A stretch of DNA of 64,000 nucleotides from contig NC_134025.1 in the NCBI RefSeq assembly GCF_964204645.1, positions 5,518,001 to 5,582,000 of the forward strand, given 5' to 3'. Every line of letters starts with the position of its first letter. Within the stretch, counting starts at the first letter, position 1. Positions 49,536 through 63,600 of the stretch are shown here, in pieces. Below the pieces are notes generated by a model. That model ran no database searches, was not told the DNA's origin, and saw nothing but the letters and a program-made list of their open reading frames with translations. The position numbers and the translations under genes were made by a program. The DNA comes from Tubulanus polymorphus. Taxonomy: Eukaryota; Animalia; Nemertea.

Positions 49536-52500
49536 ATGTCTGAAAATATAATCCCCTGTCTCACCTGGGTGAAATCAGGTGTTGCCAAATCAAACCCTGA
49601 AAAGGTAAGTTGGTTATATCTTGAGGTTTCAAAAAACTAAAAATGTTTTTACATTGAAATAGAATGTCGTACATCATCAAAATATGAGATAATATTTACT
49701 CAGAAAAATTTATGTCTTAGGTGCATTTGACTGCTGAAGAACTCAAGCGCATCATAGAAGAAACAAAAGCAAATCTTGAGTAAGCTTCATTTCTTTGTGT
49801 AACTTCATATGAAGTTCCTTTTAAATAGATAAAGGGTAACGAAAATTGGTACAAAATGAATAATAATCATTTCAGAGGAATAGAAATTGCCGATGATGAT
49901 GTATCATCGATGTCTGAGGATGAACTGGATGAACATAAAACGAACATTGGTCGAAAGAGAAAAAAAAAGACAGCTAGTAGGCCTAATGGTGATGATGCTG
50001 AAGTCGAAAATAACACTGAAGCAGATAATGAGGAAAAAGATGAGCTTGAAGCTGATGATGATGACGACACGAACAATGTCATAGAAGCTTATGGTTTTGA
50101 TGATTACGACGATGAAATTGATGATAATGGTAAGATAAGATTTGTCATTTGGCATGTTGATGTGGGGTAAGATTGGTTTGTAGGCTTGAATGAAAGATGT
50201 TCTCTACTGAGCATTCAGAATAGCAATTACACCTGTCTTTAAGGCTGTACCGGTATGCATGTTTATTCATTATCATCATTATTGAAAGTGAAAGTTTGGG
50301 TCTTTTTATAGAGGCAATGGATAATTTTGCTGGTTCGGCTTACTATGAAGATAACGCAGATGATCCTTACATAACTTTGAAAGATGAAGTAAGTATAGGA
50401 TTCATTGTTTTACAAAATTTCTTCATAGGTCTTTTATTCTGTGGCTTTGACTGAATATATTATTTTCATTTATTTTAGGACAGCGACGAGGAAGATTTTG
50501 TCATAAAACCAACAGATAACATGATTCTTGTTCCTCGAGTAAAAACGGAACAATGTTTAATGGAAGTTTATGGTACGACTCTCAAGCACGCCTGAACCGA
50601 CGAAGTCCAACTTCCTGCTATTCCAATATTCCATATTCTATTATGTTTATTTCTTGTAGTATACAATGACTCTGATGGTGCTTTATATGTTCACCATGAT
50701 TTTATGCTTACGTCTTTCCCACTCGCTATTGAATGGATGAATTATAACCCGGATGGCAGTCCTGGTGGTAAGTCATTTATTTCATACACTTTAAAGCATA
50801 GTTCCATACACCATTATACTGAACAGAGATAAGTCGATTTCAAATTAAGAGATACTGGTTACTCAGTAATTTGCTCTTTTTGTGTTTGTGAGTTCAGGCA
50901 ATTTTGTGGCAGTTGGGACAATGGAACCTGTGATAGACATTTGGGATATTGATCTTGTTGATAGTGTAGAACCTACATGTGTATTAGGTGAAAAAAAACA
51001 ACTTAAGAAGAAAAAGAAGGTAGTTATTTCTTTCAATTCTGGTAGACTTGTATATGTGTGCATTATAATTGATAAACCAATTATTTCTTAAGCATCATGT
51101 TCTCTTTTTAGAAAACTGGTGTTGTTGGTGGTCACACAGATGCTGTTCTAGCGTTGTCATGGAATTCACATGCAAGGTTTGTATAAATCCTGGTCAGATC
51201 TGTATGTATGCTACAATACAAGTTAGCAATACTTCATGAGGTATTTGTCAATATGTGTTATAGGAATGTGCTAGCTAGTGGTTCAGCTGATGAAACAATT
51301 GCTTTGTGGGATCTAAGTCAAAGAAATGTTGTGAAAACGATCCACAAACACACAGATAAGGTTATATTCATTCTAATACATGATTTCCGTACATTAACAT
51401 ACCGTACCGAAGTTGCAAAGTGAAATCTAAACTCTATTCTCAGGTGCAAGCTTTAAAATGGCATCCATTGGAGGCACAGACTTTGCTGAGTGGTGGTTTT
51501 GATAAGTAAGGAATATGTATCAAGTGTAGTTTAATTGTAAATTTTGTTTTAATGCTTGTCTCGACACGGATTTGTTAAAGTTTTTAAATAACTGTTGTAT
51601 TTCCATGTTGCATTGTAGAATAGTGAATTTATATGATTGCCGGAGTCCGGATGATAGCAACAAGTCATGGACGCTTCAAGGAGAAGTGGAGAACATAACC
51701 TGGAATCCTTTTTCGCCGTACAACTTTTTGGTGAGACGTAATTATTGAATGACTCACTGGGGTAATCATTGTAAGAATCAAAGTACTAAACCTTTTGTTT
51801 ATTTCAGGCATCAACCGATGGTGGTTTTGTTTATCTGTTAGATGTAAGGACAGATAAGACACTATTCACTTTAAGCGCTCACACAAGTCCTTGTACAGGT
51901 AATTCTTATCAGATTGTCATCGAAATTGCTAATTTAAGACGGACAAAAAAGTTTATTTGGAGGATTGAAACATCGAATTCAATAGATTTTGTTCATAACT
52001 GCTTTCATTTGAAGATGCAATTTAATTACTTTTGTAATCGTTTTGAAGGAATTAGTCTTAGTAGTCGAGTGCCTGGATTACTAGTGACGTCTTCTACTGA
52101 TGGTACCATGAAAATATGGGATATTTTGGACGACAAACCAAAAATGATTCGAGAAAAGCCCTTAGGACAGGTACAACACAGTCAGAAATCAATTACCTTC
52201 TGGTAGATTCTATGCTTTGTCCTGGTGTCCTAATGATGAATCTTATTATTTTCTCAGGGTCAACTGATGTGCTGTGCTTGTTGCCCAGATGCTCCATATG
52301 TATTCGCTCTCGGAGGCAGTAAAGACTTGGCAGTTTTAGATATTCGAGAATCTGCAGATGGTAATATTACACAATCCAATGCTATTTCTCATCAACCCAT
52401 ATTTTCATATTAATTGTGTTATTTACATCTAAATCTGTTGTTTTACAGTGAAGAAACATTTTCAAAATCGAACTGAATTGACACCAGATAGTCAGACTCA

Positions 52501-52657
52501 AACGACAAGTAGCGTTTCTGAATTTTCAACACTCGATCTTAATTCAAAATCTTCTACGGGAACTAAATCTGATACAGCATCGTCAACGTCATCATCAGTC
52601 TCAGCTGCCTCTTATAAAAGACCCAATAAGAAAAAGAAGAAGAAACCTGGAAAATGA
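49536..52657 (+). CDS. PWP1: periodic tryptophan protein 1 homolog (WD40 ribosome biogenesis factor), about 15 coding exons
   Basis: N-terminus [35 protein letters not shown], acidic tract, [71 protein letters not shown] and further WD repeats. It ends in a Lys-rich tail; AATAAA at 52736-52741. Confidence 0.95.
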
Positions 52658-53534
52658 TATAAACATATTTGAGCTACTTGTAAAATTGATTTTATAGAAT
52701 ATTTGTTGACTGCTTTTTGCATTTAATGTCTGCGAAATAAAGTTGTTTAAAATATATTGAATGATTTATCTTTCATCCTTTCTTGCCAGGCCCGGGTCCG
52801 GTAATCGCTCCCGAACTCGCTTCAACAGCTTTAGCGTAGTGGATTCGAATCCCTTGACGGGTGAAGATGTTATACTTAATGATGACGAACAAAACTTACC
52901 AATATGATATTTACGGTTTCTCAATCATCCCTCCTCCAGCATGTGCTGTCACCTGCATTTGGCGGTTGTTTACGGAACTTAGTCAAATTGAAGTTTAGAT
53001 AGCTCCCATTTAGATAGTGGAAGAGTGTATGCTGTATCATTCTTTTTTATGGTTGATCGCATTTCTTTTTAGAAACTTAGTGGCATTGGCGTGAAAATAC
53101 GTTATACATGCAGTGAATTGAATTTTCTTTAATGATTCGATCAATTAAAACTTGGAAAAGCCAGCCCGTTTGGATTCGATCGTGACATCGCTATCAATTT
53201 CCTTTCTAGCTGCTCTACTAAGAATCGCCCTACGATGCAAATTTTCGTGAACGTTCGCAAACATTTAATTCGACCCTTAGCCAAATCTAAATCTCGTAGT
53301 AATGTATAATATACATATGACGAAGCAATATTAATGAAATATTTTGAGAAAAAGCGCGTGTTCGGTCTATTTATGATTGCTACTTCTTCATTGGGCGATG
53401 CGGTTTCGAAAAAGGCGTGGGTTTGAAATTGGCCTGAGTTCGTGCATTGCTGGTGGTTTTTCCTGGAACGGTGCTGATGACGACGCAGTCGGTATAAAGC
53501 TCTACAGTACTGCAGAGCACGAACGTATGCGCGG

Positions 53535-53578
53535 CCAATCAAAAAAGTCTGCTGTGTGACGTCATGTTGCAGTCAGTT
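53535..53578 (+). promoter_or_regulatory. core promoter: CCAAT box, full CRE and Inr
   Basis: CCAAT 53535-53539, TGACGTCA 53557-53564 and TCAGTT 53573-53578, directly upstream of a signal-peptide exon. Confidence 0.55.
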
Positions 53579-53597
53579 TCCAAACAAGCATGGCGCG

Positions 53598-53726
53598 ATG
53601 AGGAAGATGGACATGCCGGAACTATCAAAACATCTGATTATTTTAATAGTTTTTATCAAACAATTGGAGTTTTGCTATGGTGACAATGTTGCAAGACGAT
53701 GTCAAGGAAGATGCGGAGGAATTTTG
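53598..53726 (+). CDS. first coding exon of an unidentified secreted or membrane protein (partial gene)
   Basis: MRKMDMPELSKHLIILIVFIKQLEFCYG-DNVARRCQGRCGGIL followed by the strong donor TTG|gtgagt. It has a hydrophobic signal-like core and promoter motifs upstream. No downstream exon was found in the window. Confidence 0.55.
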
Positions 53727-54279
53727 GTGAGTGATCATCATTTGTGTGGATAGTTATTATATCATTGTTTATACGTGTTATCCGTCCTGTCAACGCGTTT
53801 AGGAGCGCACTACGTTTTGACAGTTCGTGTTTTGCATTGGTTACGATTCTGCGGATTATCCAAACTTTATGCGCGGTTTCCCAGCGTTTTATTGCAGGCT
53901 ATCTCATGGATTTATTTATATTCGTTTTTCCTATCGTTTTAAATATAGATTCCTCACACTATGCATTAGATAAAGTAAGAAGAAAGAAATGCATTGTTTC
54001 CAACGTTGAGTGCTGAAAAAACCAACCGTTCCGTTGCCTGAACGGCTTAGTTCTGGCTTGAATCAATCGACCTAACTAATTAACATTGCAACGTAATTAT
54101 TATCAATTATTCACTTGATTCATTTGAAATTGTTCTTTTTATAGAAACCAGCAATGAAACTTTTCTGAGAATACTTATCTTGAGATGATTACTTCGATAA
54201 CTGTCAGAATTAATGGAATATATATATTAATGATTAATCGTTAATTGCAATAGTATATATATTACACGCATGAATATCA

Positions 54280-54379
54280 GGATCCGTTTTCTACAGAAAG
54301 GTTATCAAGCTATAAATGATTCGTTATAACTGTTTTAAGTTTCAAAAATGAGGCTTTGGCCTTTTTGTGAAACCGGGCC
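54280..54379. repeat. degenerate short TIR element
   Basis: ggatccgttttctacagaaagg vs revcomp of the right end ggcccggtttcacaaaaagg. Confidence 0.35.
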
Positions 54380-54498
54380 AAAGAAATGATTTTTTCAAAA
54401 CATGTTTGTACTTTCGGCAGGTTAAGCTACGAGAACAATGTATTTCAACATGTTATATAAATATTACATTCATCATCGGCACGGTGCAAATTCTATTC

Positions 54499-54656
54499 CA
54501 GGGCCGTATCTAGCATTTCAATTTTTTTTTTTGGGGGGGGGGGGAGGGCAGAGAAACCCGACAAAAGGCAGTTCTATAGCATATAACAATGATATTTGTA
54601 AAGATTGGACGTTTCCAAAATGCTCTGCCCTGCCCCCTGCCGACTGAACGGATCCT
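54499..54656. repeat. probable MITE remnant (CAGGGCCGTATCTAG end, poly-T/poly-G run)
   Basis: The left end resembles the CAGGGGCGGATC-type end of the 17715-17974 element, with G-rich then C-rich subtermini. The right end is decayed. Confidence 0.35.
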
Positions 54657-57600
54657 TTTCAATATTACAGGTCCATTGGTAAGCCTAGCAAAAATCTTAC
54701 TATCAAATTATGATGACAAACCTCCTCAGCCAAAAATAAATTCGATATGTGATCGAAGACCTAGTTCATTTAGACCTGTAATTAAGGCATAGACTAAATA
54801 AATTGTTGAGGATTTTTTTTCTTATTTCAGTGAAATATATACTATTTGTGTACAACGAACAGATGTTGAAAGCTTTCTAAACAAACGAATCCTTTACCGT
54901 GAAATGCGTAGTTTTTTAACATCTTTTATTTCAGTGAAAAAAATGAGTTTTCCATTGTAGCGAAAATCATCATTCCTACCGAATCAGCTATTAGCGAAAT
55001 CTGGTGACCTTTGATTTTACGTAGGGCATGTATGTGATTTATCTGCACTTGTTTTCTTTTTAATCCCAATGCTTTGTCTGCCCTTTTGACTTTAAACGTC
55101 ATTAAAGTTTCCTGCCAAGTCTAGCAAAAATAAGAATTGGCATTGCATTTTGAAAAATTCCTTTTATTTCTGAATGTAGCGTCAATTTAAGTCCGGTCAA
55201 AATTAAGGTTATTGCCAGAATAAATCATTAAAAATTGTATTGTTTTATTGGTGTAGACAGAGATTACGTTTATTTGTAAAATGTAACGTAACAAAATTCC
55301 GTTTTCAGATTTTTAGTGAGTATCACTTTTTTTGTCTCGTGGATGCTTTTAAGGACGGCATAGGAAGTTCACCTCTGTTCTCGAACCTGCATGGATAGAA
55401 CTTGTTCGTAAATCGCCCGATCCGATATATACCTGATGAAAATAGTGGAATGGTGTATTGTAATACATGACTTCGTGAGCAGAAACACGAAGATAACGCG
55501 ATAAACCTAGCGTCAGTTCCTTCATCGGGCTGATATTAAGCATATATACTACCTCGGCGCTATGAGAAATACAAGTTTACTCAGATTCCAATAAATTTCT
55601 ATATACCATATGGCGAAAACACTAGGCTATGGCTGTTAGAAAGTGCTTGATATATCGGAGAATGAGGTTTTTTCTTTTCACTTTACCGTACAGAAATTCT
55701 ATATTATGTAAAAAATACCCGGTCTTTGGTGTATTATTCTTTTTCTATTGTTTTCGCGCGATTCAATATTCACTGCTATTATTATATTCTATTTCACAAG
55801 ATCAGATTTTGAAAATGCAGCCCCAACAATCGTGTTAGTTTCTTTTTTTTACCACAGTGTTGATTACCAAATCTTATGTGCGTATTGATAAAATCTAACC
55901 GAATTTTTCATTTTTGACGAAAATATTCTTTTCTCTTGTTAGCGTTGGATATTGGCATAAATGTATATTTCTATCCCATCAAATACGTCCAGTATTATTG
56001 GTTATGTTTCTACGCACAAGCGTTATTCAAAATTACTGTAAAAATACCATTTAAATCTTTTGATCTATATATATCATATATATGAATATGATTTTCTTCT
56101 TTCGTCGTTTTTACCAGTTCGCTTTAAATGTTAGAAATTATCTTAAAAAAGGACTTAACTTGGAATTTTTTGTCTTGGATAATTAGAGAAACCCTTCAAA
56201 GGAGAAATGAAGAGAAATCCCTCAATATATATATATATATATAGCATTGTATCAGATCGTATCAGATGGGTGATTTTATTTATTTAGCTAGTGGTACGTT
56301 TCATATGAAATGTATTATATGCGCATTGAATTTGAATAATTTGCATAAATGATGTGATTAAATGTTTCATTATCGATTAGACAATCATCACTTTTGCGAT
56401 CTGCCGACTTTTATTTTTCACATTATCAGTTATTAATAATTCGACGTCGGACGCGAACGATGCTGGCCGCGACTTTTATTCGAGCGTAATTCCCTCGATT
56501 CAAGCTAAACAGGTTTTTATTCAATCAACAGATCCATGCGGCATGCTTATGACGAGTAATTTTATTAGCCGTTCAGTGGCGATTAGTTTTATTCAATCAA
56601 CGTCAGTATCTTGCATCGGTCATGTTTGTTCGTTTTCTTGCCATGGTGCCGTCTTGATTGCCTAATCATACTCGCTTATTGATAAAATTCACAACTGAAA
56701 TTTACCGACATTCAGGTTACCACCACTACGACTACTACGGATTTTGTGTTTTGATTGGGCCTCGGCGCTATGGCTGAGTTTAGTCAGACGGACTGCGCGA
56801 AAACATCACGGAGTATGCGCAGTAGCTTCGCCCTCGCCGCAAATTGATTCGTAACTGTGGGTATTAGCAATGCTGCAGGCGCCTACAGCTGCCAAATTAA
56901 CATTCGTCGAGTAGAATTCGGCATTAGGTTTTTCGTAGAAATAACAACAATAAAGAGTTAAAAATGCATAACTACTAAATTAAAAAGAAATCATATGATA
57001 TAGTTGAGATTTCAATGGGGCGTTCATGACATGGGCATATTGTTATAAGTCGCTAGATCTCACAATTACCATAGAACGAAATCTAAAGCAAGTTTTCAGG
57101 GATTTAGATTATTGAAGATATTACGCAACTACAATATATGGATACTTACGACAAGAATATCTACTAAATTCTGGCCCGAAAATATTTCTCAATTCTGCTG
57201 TACTGATAGAATAATATATTTCATGTCCAATGGTTCTATGAAGAGTTTTCTTTGCTTTCTATACGACGAATAAATAAATAGACATAACTCTATTATCATC
57301 TGCTAAAAAAGAACCAGACATTATGTATGTAAATACATACGCAAAGGTCCACGTGAAAACAATTTTATTTCTACGTAGTAATAGTATATTATTATGATGT
57401 ATTTTATTTAGTAATGCCATGGTGCCTGGAGTATGGTGTATGATGATTTACCATAATTATTTCTGCCCCACATGTTTTCTATTGTCATAGTTTTTTTTGT
57501 GAAACGATTATAGAACATCGCTAAAATGGATGACGTTTTTCTTAGTCGTGTGTATCTGTTATATGAATCTGACGTAGAAGTTGAAGTCCACGAATTTCAT

Positions 57601-60600
57601 AAATGCATTTTGAATCAAATTATATGAATATGATTAGAAATTCATATTTTTAATATTTTTTGTACACACGAATTCTCTTTTTCTATGTATATGGCCTTTC
57701 ATTGCCAGCATAAGCGATTGAAGTGCCAAAAAAATGATTTCCCAAAATATGCAATTTCTCAGACATAACATTGTCAATATATGCTTTATTGTTTTAAAAA
57801 TCGAACGATGTTCACATGTGCCATTGACAAATCCTCACATATTCCATTCTTCAACACAACTTGTCAACTGGATGTTTAATCTTACTTTCGAAACGGCAGC
57901 GAGACAAAGATATCATCTGAATGAATCTCGGTATTAATGATCAAATAAAGAATACTAATGATTTCTGAAAAAAATTGATTTTTCTGTGTAAACATTGCGT
58001 CGCAATTTTGGTTTATTAAGAAAAGATCGATGAGGACTTGAAGTCTAGTGGTTCTTGAACAGTTTGCGAAGTGGCACTTGTTCGAGCCCGAAGCAGGAAA
58101 CCAACGAACTACCTTACCCCTTTACTGGTTTTATTAAGAAATGTGAATACACACATACTCTAGTTAGCTAGTTAATTAAAAGTATTTCTGAAGTTTGTTG
58201 ACATAGTTGTAATTTTGATTTACAACTCACAACTGGAATTCATATCAAACAAAGAGATCGTCGTATTCTTGTGAATGAACCATGGTAATATTTCAAAACC
58301 CTTTCGCGGTGCACAGAGCGACCCCGTCGTTAAATTTTTCGCAATTTCTCAAATTCGAGTAGTGCAATGATGGGAAATGTGACGATTTCTTCGTTGGTAA
58401 TAACAACTTCTACCGAGATCACCAGTCTACTGAGATGGCAAATTGGGTACCCCGCGGCAATGGAAAGAAATCGAGAAAACACTTTAACAACTATTTAACA
58501 ATATCATTGGGGGTGAATGCAAAATTCCACCTCCATGCGTTCCGGTGACTTCACTGTAGCTTAGAGTATATACACTAGAAAGCAGAAAGTGAAAAGCCCA
58601 AAGGCTTCAGATTCTGAAACCCGAGCGATTCTTATTGATTCTTCATATATTTAATGATTTGCGCTGCAGCATGTTAAGTTTCTTATTAATTTTTGCGTCG
58701 GTCGTGCACGTACAATTCGTCCTTTTAACACTTTCGCATCGCTGAATCAGCATGAAATTGTAGAATTACGACGGCAATTGCCGGACAATCCGACATTGAT
58801 TATGGCTTCCCTGTACTGCTAATTTCATTAAAGATGCCTCACAGGTGCTGTGCTGAGAATATCCAATACATTGACCAAATGACCACAGCATTTTCTGCAT
58901 ATCGATGCACAGAAACTCGGGTCTCTGTATTCAGAGTGGACAATCCCCTATGCAATTATTGCACTCATCTAAAACCACCCACAAAATTAAGATCGAAAAA
59001 TTCAATCTCACTTTGCATTGTATATAAAACAGTGGTTGACAATGTAACTTTATTCGCAATAAACAAATCGCCTCGAAAACCAATTTTTGGATACCACCCA
59101 ATAATCACGGGTGTAATGTTGTTATTACCAGGTAAAATGAGTAGTTAAATTGATCTTCTCATATGACAAACATCGAGCAAAGCGAGACTGCTTCCCGCCA
59201 AAAAACGTCCGTACTATACCAACTATGTATGCACATGCATGAATACTGTCGTATATTAACATAGCCTAGTTTCCCGTCGTAATTAACGCTGGTTATTGCT
59301 GACTATTGGACCAATTTCAATAATGATATAATGGTGCATATTATTAATATTCAAGAGTACCAGCTACTGGTACATACTACTAGGCTTACATATATATATA
59401 TATACGGGAAATTGCTGCCGGAATAGTAAGCATATTTCTGAGATAATTAATGCGTTCACCGGATGCCGAACGTCGTTTTATTTCTGCGAACGCGAAATTT
59501 TCTGTCTCTTTCGCCAGATTTTTTCGCATCCAAACAGTCGGCGATTATACTCCTCCGAAGTTCATCAATCTTCTCTCATGTTTGAGTGCTTTAAAACAGT
59601 TTCTCGATCTGTTTGAAGCCCCGATATTTCGGCTTTGAAGCCGGAAAGTTACTGTCGCAGTGACGCGTCAATTAAAATACACTTTATCATCGAGCTCGCG
59701 CCCGGATGCAAATAGAATTGTTCTTCGTAATGTCACGCACAATAATTATGCTAAAATACTAGGCCATAATACACAACTATAACATCCGATAAGTTGAATT
59801 TGACAATAGGGCAAATCAGGGACACTAGAACTAGACATTTAGTGAGGTATACCTCCGCTCCTAATCAATCTGTGTCAGGGTATATTTGTCAGAATTGATT
59901 GGTCATTTACTTAATTAGAGACCTACAAATGAATAGTGAAATATGGTTTTTATATCAAAGAGGAATGCAAACAGTACTTGTAAAAAGTGGAGGTGTTTCC
60001 ATGTAGAATGAGTTGGTTGATTTACCAAAAGAAATTAACTTATATATACTACATTTATCTATAATAGCTCCGATTATTGGCGAATCGAGCCTCCAAAATC
60101 AAAGAATTTTGAAGACCTTTTCTCCGACCCTGAAAGTTTAAGATTATATATACTTACGTACCGATGTTAGCTAAGTATTGCGATTTTATAGATTAAGTTA
60201 TCTGTCATTATCATCATTCAGAAGCGACTGCTTGTTTTATTTGTATAGTTTAATTGGTTCTTTGCTCTCGGGTACAGAGGTTTACCTGTATTTAAAGACC
60301 ACCATCTAACTCGTAAACATTCTAACGGAATAAGCAATGCTTAAATAAATAGCCTGAAGACCAAACACACGTAAGAGAAGAGAACTCATTGTTGAAATGC
60401 TGCTGTTCGTCTTTATGTTAGCGGATTGAAGAACTTTCAAGTTCTGACATTTTCCCGTATCTTCCGCTTTGCCCATTCTGTGTCTCTGGATAGAATAAAC
60501 ACGAACTTTTTCACAGATTGTCCCAGATCGACTCAGCTATCATAAATTGTGGTAGCCTAGGAATCACGGTGTCTTGACCATTTTCCCGGTATGGGTAAAA

Positions 60601-63600
60601 ACATTACAATCGGTCGTTCGTTTACAATTCTGGCCAAATCTGCGTGAATTCACACACGGTCATTGTTCAATACGCAAAACGGACTGGAGACTTCGTGGCT
60701 CCAAGCGGAACAATCGCCCCCACCCACGGCCGTACACAAGTTAGAAGGTCGCCTCCGAGACCGGAGGTCCGAGATCAGTCTTCGCGTTAGGTTTAAAAAA
60801 TGAAATTGAAAATAGCGTATTAGCAAATTTTAGATATTTTTTCAATTTCCACCACTGAAACTCTATTTCATAACCCATTTATTGAATATCATAATGCTGT
60901 TACATTGCAGTAGAAAAGAGATCGTCTGAATCTGAATAAATGATGAAAACTCGTGGTTAGTTAGTGCTTTAATTAGTCTTAATTCTATTTCATGGATATA
61001 GATATAATTTGTACACTGTTGTTATTTAGTTTTATCATGATCATATATTTTCTATATGACTTGTGAAAGTGATCATACACCCAGCACTGCTGCTGTTGTT
61101 CGCATATATCTGGAATGTAGCACGTATGCTTTTCCTCTACCTTTGTTTTCTTGACTGATAGTAACAATTTTGTATATTGTTGTTTGACATCAACCATTTG
61201 CGCTGTACGTTACGTGTTTTTCGGTCATTAAATTCAACCGGTTTATTAGAAATCGTTTATCAAATATTTGCGAGTATCGTCATAGAAAATGTACAGGACG
61301 CCAACAGTATATCAGAAATTCCCCGAAACGATCAAGTACTAAAAACGCCAGTGAACAACATTACGGGCCTTATGGCAAACACATGAAGTCATCATTAGCG
61401 ATACATTTTCTGGGAAATCTGTAGCAAATTGGCCTACCTACATTTTGTAAATCTAGACTCAGGTGAGATACTATTTTAAACATTCCCCGGCAGGTGATTT
61501 TACCTTGCCGGAAAAAGCATCATCGAACAGTATTTTCGTTACTTGACATATTTGTTCAGGGGAAATCGTGTTGGCATATTTTGGAGACATTTTTCATTTC
61601 GGGCTGAATACTGAAATAGACTCCAGCTGATCTCCTAATATTTTTATAGTTACTTTTCGGAAAGGCTTTCCTATTGAAACAACACCGTGCAATACTCGGC
61701 GGGCGATTTCAAAATATTGAGAGAAAACAAATTATTGAAGTTCCCCGTCTGTGGTGGGCACACTTTGAAATAAGGGCTTGTTTTCAAGATCAAGTCGAAT
61801 CTTCGAGCAATTCAGTTAAATTACGTAAATGAAATAAGTATAGTAACATATAGTAAATAAGTAAGCTGCCATCATTCTTAGGTCAAAGATAATAGTTAGT
61901 TTGGTTTTGTTTCTCGGTATATTCATATCGTTTTCTTGGTTAACTATGTATAAACCCATCTGCTCTAACGTTTGATAAAGTTCATATCTTCCAGCCTTCA
62001 CCCTAGTTTTGAAACTGAACCGCGAATGATATGTACTTCTTACTATTCTCTGGAAATAGATCCAGTAAAGGATTTTGAAGGAACTTTATTATGAAGGGGA
62101 CCTTACAAGAAAAATGATTGCCGACAGATGATATTTTCGTAGAATAATTCTCACTGATTTCAGCAAGTCTCTGTTCTTAAATATTGCTACCGTTTGAGTA
62201 GGATATTATGTAAATGTAACTAAACTGACTGGTTCTGCTGGTTGAGGTTGGTAATCCTTAACTTCCGATTCTCGGATGTACTACGAATGCAGTTTCATGC
62301 TTGAATGTTTATAAGTAAACAGACTGATGTTCAATACGCAGGTCCAAATGACACAACAGCTGTCTTTCACTCTTAGTTTCGGATATTCATTATTTCTATT
62401 CGCCGAGTACGTTATAGTCTATTAGTTCCCAGGGTTTACCAGAATCTTCCGGGTGTATAAGTCATAAATGTTCGCGATGATATACAATATTGAATAAAAC
62501 TTGAGAATTTCATTTTTTTTCTCATCCAAGAATATTCTTAGACAGCGGATGTATGTTGGTTTTTCTTACTAAACAGAAGATGCCGATGGGTTTTATTTTA
62601 CGCAACTGCGCACTCTTCATTACGGGTGTGATCTTTCTCCTTTAAAGAAATCCCATGCAGACACCGATCATGTATTCAGCGTAGGTAAACTCATTGTCGA
62701 ATTTTGAACCAGATCCGTATTTGCCTGAACTGCGGTGTCTAGGGACTGTAATTTTGTATATATTACTTGAAATCAAAAAACCTAATCTGGAAAAAAATGT
62801 TTGAAAAACGAATCTGACTCATTTTATTTTGAAAGAAAAAATTGGGATGCGTCTCTAAGATTTATGTCTCAAATTACATCACAATTGTGCACAATGATAT
62901 GTCGCAACTCCTGTCTTGTATACAGATGAACATATTACGAGAAAGTCCTCAGTATATTTATCATCCCAATTAATTGAAATGCTTGACTCAAATTATTCAA
63001 AAAAATACAGAAAAGTGCAGAAAAGTGACTTAAAGCTTCTTAGCTATATGAAGAGCTCGCGATTGATTTTGTATTTCTTTGCTAAGCGCGTACCCGTGGA
63101 GTTTACTTAGCAAAAAACTGTTTATCCTGCTGAATCTAACCCTCGCCGAACTGCCACTGATTGACACGCTACGGACAGAAACAGTACTGGTTTTTCACAC
63201 ACATTCGCGCGCGCACACACACGAGTTTCCACTACGAAAAATCGTTTCCAGCTTGTGTCTACTCGGGCAAATCGTTTCTTGTTGTTGGTTTGGTATTTCT
63301 TTTACAATGCGTCTGACTCCGAACCAGACTGCTGAAAGAAGCAAATTGAGGGATAATTGCTAGCTGGAAGGGGCTCATTTACACCTTCGGTACCTGGAGC
63401 TGCAATCGCTTAACTTCCAGACAAAATATTGAACGATTATTCATTTGAAAAGCCTGAATGTGTATTTACTATGGAGACTTCAATTTTCTATTTTTGGAAT
63501 TAAGTACGTTCAAAATCGTTGAATATGCAGTTAAACTATCATTCTTTGCTCTTTGCCATTCTTAATTCAATTCGGTATTGGTATTCCTTTTTATTCATGA

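Noticed and set aside
49147-52447. Possible intronic snoRNAs in PWP1
   Set aside because: No properly spaced C/D box pair with a terminal stem and no H/ACA pattern was visible by eye. A snoscan or Infernal search would be needed.
53141-53542. 133-aa minus-strand ORF divergent from the signal-peptide exon
   Set aside because: It has a non-ATG start, overlaps a CpG-rich promoter region and shows no recognisable protein features.
53744-63600. Short ORFs and partial miRNA seed matches in the long non-coding stretch
   Set aside because: No recognisable domains, no convincing phase-0 exon 2, and seed matches did not extend to known mature miRNAs or hairpins.
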